Shown here in pieces: positions 26,750-37,620 of a stretch of DNA of 64,000 bases. The translations under genes were made by a program, and so were the position numbers. Numbering within the stretch: the first letter of the stretch is position 1; every line of letters starts with the position of its first letter. The notes under the pieces are model-generated. The model saw only the letters and a list, made by a program, of their open reading frames with translations, was not told the DNA's origin and made no database searches. Source of the stretch: Cystobasidiomycetes sp. EMM_F5 (taxonomy: Eukaryota); NCBI GenBank assembly GCA_051047955.1, contig JBPGPT010000013.1, forward strand, positions 434,001 to 498,000, written 5' to 3'.

Positions 26750-27634
26750 TTACGCAGTACTGTGGAAGGAGCGAGTCGTCAGACGTTGAATGAGCATACT
26801 GTGAAACGATGAAAACGCACGACTCCTTGAGCCAGGTGATGAGGTTGTTCCCTACGGCGGTCGTCAGATGTGCATTCATGGTACACGCATCGTAGAGTGC
26901 TACTCACTGTCCTTGTCCTTCTTCAGACCCTGAATACGCAACCCGATCGTCAGACTACTCGGTCCTCAACGAGATTGTTGCATGTACACTCACTGCAAAC
27001 GCCATCTTTGTACCTGGAATGTACTTCTTTGGGTTCTCGAGGTATTCGAAGAGGGTGTTCTCGTTCCACTCGATGCCCTTCTTGATGTTTGCCTCGGTGT
27101 ATGAGAAACCCTCGGCTTGACCGGTATGACGTCCGAAGAGGCCGTGGAGATTTGGGCCCTATTACATCGAGACAAGACGAAAGTGAGTGGGCGATATGCA
27201 TTACGTTGAGACCGATGGTCTACGTACGACCTTGTGACCTGTGGTTTGAGTCGCGATGGTCGATTGTGACCATGATCGTTATGCCGTTACAGGTCAGGGC
27301 AAGGAGCCAAACGAGGGATCGAATGAGTTGATACGACCAGTCGACCAGGAGTGGATGGAGTGTATTGGTGCGATGCCGTCAGTCAACCATCTCTTCCAAT
27401 GTCGTCCATATGTGTCTGCCCACCTCCGCCGCTCTCTACGGTATGGCACTGGGCGCAGCGGGTCTTGAAGAGACTGGATACGTGAGCGTATCAGTATGCA
27501 ATTAATAGCTGAGTCATCGTCTTCCCACCTCGCTCCCTTGCTTGCATCGCTGTATTCATCCAACCACGTCAGATTTCCGTCAATCGAAGGCTGGCTGGCG
27601 TCTCTTTCTGCACCCACCCCTTCTCGAAGCCCAT
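26750..27634 (-). CDS. CYC1: Cytochrome c (8 exons; not recovered as an ORF in the track)
   Basis: Splicing yields [108 protein letters not shown] with the CxxCH heme site. Confidence 0.97.
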
Positions 27635-28343
27635 AGTTGTGTGTGTGTGTTTGTGCAGTAGTGTATGTGTCGATAACCTCGCCGCTGGCTGTTGGTTAAA
27701 AGATTACTCTTGTAACTTGTTGCAATTCTCTGCAAATTCCTGGCTGCAGTGGCAACTTTTCAACCCCCCTCCGAGGCATCCCGCAGCCAATGAGCGGGTG
27801 CCGATTTGCTCCGAGGTGACGAGGGGGAGAGCAGTAGGGCAAGCGAGGTGTGATGGGGAACAACGAGTGCTAGCCCTCTCTAGAGCGTGTGTGGTTGGTG
27901 GTAGTATTTTGTGGTTTAGTTTCTCGTTTGAACTGGCTCATTTGGACCAAGTAGAGTGGGTTGTAGCCCGAAATCAATGGACAGCAGGACATTGCCTCAG
28001 CATTAGTAACCATCAGCTGTGGTCTGCAGACGTATGGCGAGTCAGTAGGTATGGCTGATTAGCTATCAGTCTCCATGAATTAGTCCATCAGCATATCTCG
28101 GTCAGTATTGACACCCCGGCCGCCGTTGTCAGTGCATTCAGACGGTGAGATATGAGCCATTCTCTATAACCACCTCCAAGTCTCCAATGGACACATACTC
28201 AAGGTCGCTTCTTTGCGGGGAGGAATCAAGTCCTTTTCCTTTGATTTTTTTCTCCCCAGGGAAGACTCGGACTCCAACTCGGGGGTCCAAGGGATCAGCT
28301 GCAAGTCAGTAATCAGTGTACACTACCCCAACAATCTGCAACC

Positions 28344-29813
28344 ATGCCATTCACAAAGGTAGTAAAGAACGATGGTGGGCACAGCTGCATTTGAGTGAAA
28401 GAAACGGGCACAATGGACTGACTGGCGTGGAATGGGTGGACAGCGTACTTTTCACGTAGGGTTATATTATGCTATGGATATCAGTAACGGCATTCTGATT
28501 GTACGCTGGTATATTCGCAGGCTACCAGGTCAAGTACCGACGTCGCAGGTGGGTTTGAGATTGGGCATGAATGGCAGTATCCGACCAGGCGACGTGAAAG
28601 AGGAATATATACTGCACTCGATATATACGACACACATCAACACCCGATGAAGCACAATTACAACTGGCATAGTTCAGATTAGCTCGCGGTCAAAGACGAC
28701 CAACAGCAGTGATTACGCAAAATGGACATATAATAGTCTTTCGCTCCTATCTGATGAACATCGACAATCGCATAGACGCCGCCTGGTTGGCATGATGTGG
28801 AGGTAGCAGGAGCAGCATGCTGACTGTCGTGCTGTTTTTACTCGCAACAGAGAAGGAAAGACCGACTACTACGCTCGCGTGAGTAGCAAGATTCAGGATA
28901 GAAACCTCAACATGCCATACTGATGCAGTCTCTGCATACAGCGCAAGCTCGTGACGCAAAACAAGACTCGCTTCACATCCCCCAAATACCGCCTCGTCGT
29001 CCGATTCACCGGCAAGGACATCATTGCACAAATCGTATATGCCAAGATCCAAGGAGACGTCGTCCTGACTTCCGCCTACGCACATGAGCTACCCAACTAC
29101 GGCCTGAAGCACGGTCTGACCAACTGGTCTGCTGCCTACGCTCTCGGTCTACTGGTCGCCCGACGTGCTCTGACCCAGCTCGGCCTGGCCGACAAGTACG
29201 AAGGTGTCGTCGAACCAACCGGAGAGATTAGCCAGACTGAGCGAGCAGAGGAGGATGGTCCACGACCCTTCAAGGTCTTTTTGGATGTCGGTCTCAGGAG
29301 AACTTCAACCGGCTCCCGTCTATTTGGTGTACTCAAGGGCGCGTCCGATGGCGGTCTCTACATTCCTCACAACGAAAAGCGCTTCCCTGGTTACGACCCA
29401 GAATCAAAGGAGCTTGACTCGGAGGTTAGTCGATACACTATTCCAGTCAATTATATCACGACCTAATTCATCCTTATTTGTTACTACAGACCCTAAAATC
29501 CTACATTGTCGGAGGACACGTGCAGGGCTACATGGAGTCGCTCGAGGAGGAGGATGACGAGCGATTCAAGAAGCAATTCGCGAGCTACCTCGCCGACGAC
29601 ATTGGTTCGGAGGATCTCGAGGAAATCTACACAAACTGCCACGCCGCGATCCGTGAAGATCCCATGCGCAAGAAGAAGGAGCACTCTGCAGAAGAGATTG
29701 CAGAGTTCAAAAAGGCTGCACGAGCTTCCCACCCAAAGAAGTTGACGTACGAGCAGAGGAAACAGAGAGTGCAGGAGAAGAAGGAGGCGTACGCCCGTGG
29801 CGACCTCGAGTAG
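28344..29813 (+). CDS. RPL5: 60S ribosomal protein L5 (uL18)
   Basis: [66 protein letters not shown]; includes a 12-nt microexon at 28444-28455. Confidence 0.97.
28640..28759 (+). ncRNA. Intronic box C/D snoRNA, snR60/SNORD80-like double guide for 25S rRNA
   Basis: In the 302-nt intron 3 of RPL5: C-like box (c)cgatga ~28645, D' CAGA preceded by GGCATAGTT, C' gtgatta, and D box CTGA 28751-28754 preceded by TAGTCTTTCGCTCCTAT. Both guides are complementary to conserved LSU rRNA segments. Confidence 0.85.
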
Positions 29814-30498
29814 ACTTTCCTACACGCCCCTCGTGTCTTTCCTCCACCCCTTTCCGGTGTCCTGTCGTAGTCTGCCTCGGTGTTGCGCTGAATGCCTTGT
29901 GGGAAGACTGTCGATTGTCATTGCTGACGACGTGCCCTTATTGTCGAACATCTGACGATGCCGTGAATCCAGCTGACTTCGCTGACCACCGGCAGGTGTT
30001 GATTGCTGACTACGCCCCTTTCAACACGGACTGACCATAACCCGTCAGCACATATGACTACTCTTGGGTAAGCGTGAGACATGCTGCTGGCACATGCGCG
30101 ACTCTTCGATATACAATGGCTAATCTACCCGGGGATGTGCCACTGTGTCTCTATGTTTCGCTCAATGCTTTTGGCGAAGGAAAATTTTAGCCCAGCGACA
30201 CTGCCGTCTACATGCACGGGCACCAGTATCAAGGCGAGGCAGTCTGATCAGTTGACGCTTCCCGCTATGTTCGTGCCCTCCTCGCTCCTTTGTCCCTGCA
30301 CACAGCTATCGCAAACGGAGCTGTAAAGGGGAAAAGCAAGGCAACCACCGGAGCTATGCTAGACTTGCATCGCACTGACATCCCATTCTGTGTTTACGGT
30401 TTACTTTGCCTGATTTATCTCGACTCAGAAATACTGTTTCCTCCCAGAGGCCCACTCGTCCTGATCGGGATCGCTATTCCACACATTAGCATTCAGCT

Positions 30499-31598
30499 AT
30501 GCCAAAAAAAACCAAGGGTACTACAGAGACATTCAAGCGTCCTTCAGCCCCCGCTAGTCGCAGCGGACCTTCATCAGGTGGAAATGCCAGCAATGCCCAG
30601 CGCCTAACCGGCCCCGGCGGAATACAACGTCCGTCGCAGACGCGGTAAGCATAGTCCGCGGAGCAATTTTGGGTAGCAGGACACGACTCACGTACTCTAC
30701 CGACACAGGCGCCCATCGATAACGAACCCATTCGTGACACAATCCCGCTTAACTCGTGACAGAGTTAATGCCGAAATAACAGCCGTGACGAACGCACCTC
30801 TATCGTGTCGTATGCCTGGCTGGTACGTGTTGAACATGTGACTGGTGTCGTGAGCATTGACTAACGCCTCGCTCTGTGCCGAGCAGTACTCAAATGCACC
30901 ATCGCGGGGAAGCGGGCATTAAACATACTTTTGCTCTACCTCCTGCTCCCATGCAGCATACGATCGGACCAGATGTACCTGTCACATGCCCTTTATGGTC
31001 AGTATGCGTCAATCTGCTGCGGCATGCATGCTAAACGTCTGGCTCGATGGGCAGTCAATCGTCTTTTCCGCATCTGCTTGCGTTTATGAATCATCTTAAT
31101 ACTACCCAGTTATGCAAAACACACATGGCAACTTGGTACAAGGGGACTTTCAAGCTGTGTTCGGAACAGTCATGGTTGGTCAAGCCTCACAAATATCGAC
31201 AAGCTGAGCAATCGTGGTCGGCCAAGCTTCGCAATTATCGACAAACTGGGAGTTTGCTGACTTTTTTGTGACTTTTCATCGTAGCGGCATGATATATCGC
31301 AGGGAAGTGGCAGCAACGCATATGGCGCTCATGCACAAGAAGTTGTACCTGCCACCGGGCCATGACCAAGAGGACTTCGCTATTGCCTGCATTAAATGGT
31401 TGGGCTAGGTATCACTGTGGCGAGGTTGTCGTTGCTGACTTATGATTCAGCAAAGCTTTCTTTCGAGGGTCTTCTGGATTCTTGCAACACCTCAACAATG
31501 ACGGTCTTGTAGAAGACGCATGCTCTCGCTTCTGCTTGATTCACTTAGATGGCTCACTACGCTGGGACAGCCGTACATCAAGAATAGTTCTCAAGTAG
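30499..31598 (+). CDS. Unrecognised multi-zinc-finger protein, copy 1 (6 exons, ~250 aa)
   Basis: Exons 30499-30644, 30709-30822, 30887-30997, 31055-31174, 31285-31398, 31451-31598, all GT-AG, total 753 nt in frame. Fingers: CRMPGC-x12-H, CPLC-x12-HLNTTQLC, CSEQSC-x11-HMALMH, CIKC-x12-HLNN..C. Confidence 0.85.
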
Positions 31599-32085
31599 CG
31601 GAGGTGTACCTCATCACTGCTTTTATAACTCGCTTTTCAGCGCGCCTGACTTGTCTTCCAACCAATCTCAACGGTTCAGATCGTAAAGGGGAAAGGCAAT
31701 TGCGGTCACTTGAGATTCATCGTTTTTGGACGTGCTTGCCGTCCTCTTACAACAAACCTGCATCCCGGTGCTGGCTGAATATCACGCATGTTCGCACATA
31801 TGCAGGTCATTGCTCCCTGCCGTCACATACTGATACGTACCCTGTCCACGCTTGCACCGCTACCTCGACGATTGAGTGACTCCGCATGAACACAGCCTGG
31901 CGGCCAAATGTCCGTACCGCAATGACATTCACCGGAAATCCGCCTGCACAGTCTACAAGATGAGCAATCAAATCGAGACTCCGTGTTGCGAGTCTCTCTT
32001 TCGCACTTTAATACTTTCCGCGCGGTGTTTCTCGAATACGCTGCCTACAGGAGCGTTCATATCTGCGAGGTAGACAAGGCAAGAC

Positions 32086-33173
32086 ATGTCCTACTCTGAT
32101 CGCCGTCGTTCGTCAACGCAAACGCCAACGCCATCCTCAACGCCAATGAGCACTGGCCGTCCATCAAACGGTCAAGGTCGGGGCAGCCCATTTCGCCGCG
32201 CAAACAATCGTGGATCCTCTCGAACACCGTAAGCTGTTCGAGATGACGTAGTGTGCCAGCTATTACTGACATCTATCATGATGCTGGAAGTCTGCGCAAT
32301 AGGCCAGCGTCGGCAGCCCATGCCGATTCTCAGATCAATGCACCGTACAGCAGCGCTCGGCCACCACTTCCAATTCTGCTACCGTGCCGTATGTTTGGCT
32401 GGTACGCTAGTCCCTTGCTTGAACACATAAAGTACTCAGCTCTTCGCATCTGCAGTACGAAACTCCACAGAGCGGAGGATATTCATCCCGTACACGACTT
32501 TTCACTACCAAGTACCGCACAGCAAAACGTTCAGATCCATTGCCCTTGCTGGTTTGTTCTACAACTATACACGTTGCTAGCAAGCTGACGTGTACCTTTT
32601 CCCGCCCCCTTTATTCGTCTGCGGACGTACGCGACTCAGCCAACAAGTTGCGCCAAATTTAATCGTATTCATGAAGCATCTGAATGACGGCACGAATGGG
32701 TTATGTGGGAATTACATGGTTCTGAACTACAGTGTTACCTTTCAGTTATGCTCCGAGCCAAATTGGTAGGTGCATTCTGCGTTAGCTTGTCCCACTTTCG
32801 CAAACAGCTGAACGCGAATGCTTTCTACGTTCGTACCTCGTTCCAGTGGTATGGTACTCCGCAAGGAAGTGGTGACCTCGCACATGTCACTCTTGCACAA
32901 AAAATTGTACCTTCCGCGTGGCCACCATCTTGCGAGCTTCCGTATGCACTGTATCTCCTGGTGAATAATATGATCAATCTTGACAGAACGCGGCTAAAAC
33001 TGTCTTGCCTTATCCGTAGCAATAATACATTGGGAGGCTCGCCAGCATATCTTCGTCATTTGAACGACGGCGGCTACGCTGAAGGCGGATGTGGGCGCTT
33101 CTGCCTTCAACACTTATCTAATTCGTTATATTGGGATAATTCAGCCTCACGACAGAAGATCAAGTTCAATTAG
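32086..33173 (+). CDS. Unrecognised multi-zinc-finger protein, copy 2 (6 exons, ~247 aa)
   Basis: Exons 32086-32228, 32291-32401, 32456-32551, 32640-32765, 32847-32960, 33020-33173 (744 nt). Collinear with copy 1: CRMFGC, CPCC..FMKHLN, CSEPNC..HMSLLHKKLYLP, CISC..HLN..CGRFCL. Confidence 0.85.
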
Positions 33174-33182
33174 GCTTGCTTG

Positions 33183-33216
33183 GCTGGTAGCAACGTAATT
33201 CTATGTTGCTACCAGC
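33183..33216. repeat. Inverted repeat/hairpin immediately 3' of zinc-finger copy 2
   Basis: GCTGGTAGCAACGTA-attc-TATGTTGCTACCAGC: a 12-bp perfect stem, extending to 15 bp with one G-U pair. Confidence 0.8.
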
Positions 33217-33443
33217 ATGACCTGGTCGTTCACGTCGGGAATTACTGTCTGTCACGACCAGCAATTTTCCTTAAGCTTGATGCAGCGCTTTATCTTGTAT
33301 ATCGCCTAATCTAACGAAACTGACAGTGGCCAGCGATCAATCTGTGTCACCACTGACAATTGTTCTCATACGGAACGCGCAAAGCCATGGATTGACGATC
33401 GCGCAAGCCATGCTGCAATGACGCCGTCTCGACTGGCCATCAT

Positions 33444-34897
33444 ATGAATATTGCGCTAGATCATGCGCTCGTGAACCTCGCCCAAATCAAAGAGGGTCCG
33501 GGGAGTGACCGACCGAATGCGTGGGCATGTGCACCGCATGCTGTGCTGCGTCAAATGTCACCTCAGTCCGGGAAAACATCATTTCTTGCATTCAAGCCCT
33601 CCTTGCCGCCTATCCCTGTACTTTCACGATATCTGAATCTGGCGAAAATTTCGTTCTCGGGCCAACCCAAGGTACGTGTGACTCGGTTGTCTGGTGCCAG
33701 CCTCCCTACTAGCAACAGTACCAGTGCTGTGGTGACAAGGTCCAGTCTGTACTGACTTTGATATATTTCTACCAAAACGCAAGTCTCGCAGAAGACGGAT
33801 CCGCAGTCTCCAACGAGACGCAAATTCCCAGATCATGGTGACAATGTCGGCTATGACATATGTCAAGCCAAAGAACGCAAAAGCTGCACACAATCGGCGC
33901 ATGATCAACACACTAGGTTTAAATCCAGGTATACAGACACGGTTCTTGAGCCCTATCGTACAAAACGCTGTTCGCTGTCAGAACAAACAATGGTACGACT
34001 ATGCCATTGATCGATCCACGGCACTTTATAACATGCTTCTAGCAATTTTGGCCAGAACGATGTGAACCTTGGAGGTCTGGCTAAGCACCTGAACGCGTCT
34101 CCTGCATGTAGGACGACCACTTTATCTCGCTACCACAGTCTCCGATGCAATAAGTTCGGCTGGTGCGGGCTTGTGCCTCACAGGCAATTACGATTCACTC
34201 ATCGCTTCTGTTCTTACAGTGATAGGGTCTGTATGGGCGGACCCTCGCAAACGGCTCACAGCTTCGCCCTGCCGTAGAATGACCAGCAGCAAGAGCCCGT
34301 ATCCTGTCCGCGTTGGTAAGTCTCCGCATTCTTACCTTTTTTCTTAGTACCCGGCGATGGTCTAAGGCCTGTTGCATGGCCACACAGCAGTATAAAGTAT
34401 CCAACGCTGCTTGATTTCCTGGATCACTTGAACAAAGTGATGATATGTGGCACGCATATGGCTTGCACCTATTCCAAGACTTTCAGGATGTGTACAGAGG
34501 CTGGATGGTGGGTGCATCTCGGTCCTGTGCTGGTCTGATGGCTGAGGCACGCTACTGTGGGATGGCAACACCAGCAAGTTTAGAATCTTCCGCAAGCAAT
34601 CGGCACAGATCCATATGGCAGCCTTGCATTTCAAGCTGTACATTCCAAAGCGCTGGAAATCCTCGAAAGATCAGACATGTTGTGTTGGATGGTAAGACAT
34701 GGCTTGCGCTGACTGCGGGGCCGGGTATATGGCTGATGCTTTCGTTGCATCGAAGCAATTTGCTTTACGACGGAATAATTGGACTCCTTGCGCATCTGAA
34801 TAAGAGCGCTCCTTGCTGTGCGGTTGCGCTGGTACAGCTCAAGGGCTCCCTCCAATACAATCGAGTGCAGCAACGGGTAGAATTGAAGCCGCTGTAG
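33444..34897 (+). pseudogene. Zinc-finger copy 3 (7 exons, extra finger) with one in-frame TAG at 34275-34277; pseudogene or recoded/alternatively spliced gene
   Basis: Exons 33444-33671 (start uncertain), 33784-33992, 34043-34162, 34220-34315, 34388-34507, 34575-34691, 34756-34897. Motifs CQNKQC..HLNASPAC, CNKFGC..HSFALP*, CPRC..FLDHLN, CTEAGC..HMAALHFKLYIP, CVGC..HLNKSAPC. Confidence 0.7.
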
Positions 34898-35115
34898 TCG
34901 GCTTTTCGCGAAGTCGAAGCTCAGCAACACCGTCGGTAGGTGTCCTTCTTTGAATGTATCGCTTTGCAAGCATGTCCTAGCAGTTTTGTCGCACTTCTCT
35001 TCGCATCGTCATGATTTCTAGAGGATTGTCGCCACTGAAACCCGAGTTTCTTTTGCGAAATCGCCGAATGGCCGTTGCTTTTCGACCATTTCAATACTGG
35101 AAAGATTGGAAAACC

Positions 35116-36790
35116 ATGGCACTCACTGCAAGATTAGCCAGAGTGACGAGCTCGTCAATGGCCAGGACGGCCTTCTCTCCCTCGCCAGCCTGCTGCAACT
35201 GCTGGCAGTCCGGACTCAAACCAACTCTTCGCAGCTATGCTACTGCCTCGCGGCCTGTCTCGATGGCTACCGTCGTCGACAGCGTCCAGCAGACCAAAGT
35301 CCCGCAAGCAAAGCCCTTCCGCCCAGATCCTTTGGTGTTGTCGCCCGTCAAAGCGGGAGCCGTTGAGGAGGCAGTGGACGCTCTTCGAGAGGATATTGGG
35401 AGGCCCATCTACCTCGACATGCAGGCGACGACGCCCGTCGACCCGCGAGTCCTCGATGCAATGCTCCCGTACATGACGAATCAGTTTGGTAATCCCCATT
35501 CGCGGACTCATGCGTACGGATGGGAGACTGAGAAGGCCGTCGAGGAAGCCAGACAGGTGCGTTTACTCTGATTGTCTACTTCTCCGACGCCGTGCTGATG
35601 GTTTGAGATATTTCAGCACATCGCCGACCTCATCGGGGCAAATCAAAAGGACATCGTCTTTACTTCTGGAGCTACAGAGTCCAACAACATGGCAATCAAG
35701 GGTATCGCTCGCTTCTACGGCCGTAGCGGAAGAAAGCACATCATTACCCTGCAGACCGAACACAAGTGTGTCCTCGACAGCTGCCGATATTTGCAAGACG
35801 AGGGTTTCGAGGTGACATACCTGCCAGTCCAGAAGGACGGCAAGGTTGATCTTAAAGAGCTCGAAGCTGCAATCCGTCCCGATACTTGCCTAGTCAGCGT
35901 CATGATGGTCAATAACGAGATTGGCACCATTCAGCCCATCAAGGAGATTGGAGAAATCGTCAAGAAGCACAAGGGCATCTTCTTCCACACAGATGCTGCA
36001 CAAGCAGTCGGAAAGATTCCCATGAACGTAGACGAAATGAAGATTGACGTTATGAGCATCTCTGGGCACAAGCTGTACGGACCGAAAGGTGTCGGCGCTG
36101 CGTATGTACGCAGAAGGCCGCGAGTCCGTCTCGAACCGCTCATCAACGGAGGAGGCCAAGAGAGGGGTCTCCGGAGTGGCACTATTCCTGCTCCACTCTG
36201 CGTTGGTTTGGGCGAGGCAGCTCGCATCGCTAAAGAGGAGATGGCTACCGACACCGAACATATCAAGTATCTATCAGACAAGTTGCTCAAGGGTGTGACC
36301 GATAAATGCGAGGCCATCGTCCGCAATGGCGCCGATGACGGCTATCCAGGGTGGTAAGTGGCTCGACTGCCGGCACAGCTGCCTAATCGCTGATATGCCT
36401 TCTGTGTCTCGTAGTCTCAACCTGTCATTCTCCTTCGTCGAGGGCGAGTCGTTCCTTATGGCCATGAAGGACATTGCCCTTTCCTCCGGATCGGCCTGCA
36501 CTTCCGCTTCTCTCGAGCCATCCTACGTGCTACGTGCGCTCGGTGCAGAGGAGGATATGGCGCACTCTTCCATCCGCTTCGGCATTGGCCGGTTCACTAC
36601 CGAGGGAGAAGTAGACTTTGTCACGAGCAAGATTGTAGACATTGTGGAGAGATTACGAGATTTGAGTCCGCTCTGGGAGATGCACCAGGAGGGCATCGAT
36701 CTGAAGAGTATCAATTGGTGTGTTACTTCTTCGCCGTATGATTATCCCTATCAGCTAATACGTGTGTGCCTGTCCAGGTCTCAACATTGA
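35116..36790 (+). CDS. NFS1: Mitochondrial cysteine desulfurase
   Basis: [70 protein letters not shown]-terminal WSQH*. Confidence 0.97.
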
Positions 36791-36924
36791 GCAATCCGGA
36801 GGTTGAAGTGTCAGAAATGTCGCCTGTTGTTTTACCATAGTTTGAATGCGAAGCCTCGGTTAGTGTTAAGCCTCGATTAATGTCCGCTGCCTTGCGTATG
36901 ATTTGTATGCAGTTCTGTCGCCCT

Positions 36925-37620
36925 TTATATGCCAGTCCGGCTGTGCAGCTGCTGAAGCAACTCTACCATTGCTTGAGCATCCATTTTCTGTTCTGCTGTG
37001 AGGCCTGAAAGGCGGTCTTTGATGCGGGCGAGCGCACTATGAATGTATATTAGCGTAATGTCGGCGTGTGACGGACAGCTTCAAGACTCACACTCGCAGG
37101 TACTCTTCGCGACGCTGGCAGTACGCTATCGCTTCATGCAGTTCCATCTCGACGTAGGCATCAAAGCCGAGGGAGATAACGAATGCGTCTGTGTCGGTAC
37201 TTCTGTGGGAAGCCCATTATCAGCAAGGTTACAATATCTTTTCTTTTTGTATTTACATTTCGGTATTGACGTAAACGCCTTCGTCCAGCTCAGTCTGCTG
37301 CTGAAACGTCTTGACGCCCTTGTTCCTCTTGCTGCGTATTTCCAGCAGTGATTGATACAGCGCTTCCCTGTCTAAATAATCTTAGTTCTGATATACCGTA
37401 TTGAGGGATATATATCAGCTCACGTCTCCTGGAGCTGCTGCTTCAATATCCGTTCTTCGCGCTGGAATCGCTCGAGAGCATTCTCGTCGTGTCCAGCAGA
37501 AGTCAGCGAGATATCCTTTGACTTGGTCTTGGTCTTTGCCAATGATCCGGCGTGTGATGGCCGCTGGATTGGCTCCCGGACGAATATGTCGTCGATACTG
37601 AGCGTGGTCATAATGGTCAT
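36925..37620 (-). CDS. Alpha-type prefoldin-like protein (UXT-like); 4 exons
   Basis: Spliced product has a coiled coil, then ELDEGVYVNTEISTDTDAFVISLGFDAYVEMELHEAIAYCQRREEYLR, then a coiled coil, matching the alpha-prefoldin double beta-hairpin pattern. Confidence 0.65.

Noticed and set aside
26950..27617. ORF-track proteins 27294-27617 and 26950-27201 as novel genes
   Set aside because: They are off-frame readings across cytochrome c exons and introns.
33624..33911. Minus-strand ORF with a TM-like segment
   Set aside because: It is antisense to exon 2 of zinc-finger copy 3, lacks an ATG start, and has no supporting splice structure.
34275..34277. Genome-wide reassignment of TAG to a sense codon
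   Set aside because: RPL5, the PL14 gene and all three zinc-finger copies end in TAG at the expected positions, so TAG is a normal stop.
21248..36790. Apparent iron gene cluster (FTR1, FET3, cytochrome c, NFS1)
   Set aside because: Only FTR1/FET3 is an established linked pair. CYC1 and NFS1 are separated by RPL5 and the zinc-finger array, and I saw no shared motif, so proximity may be chance without synteny data.
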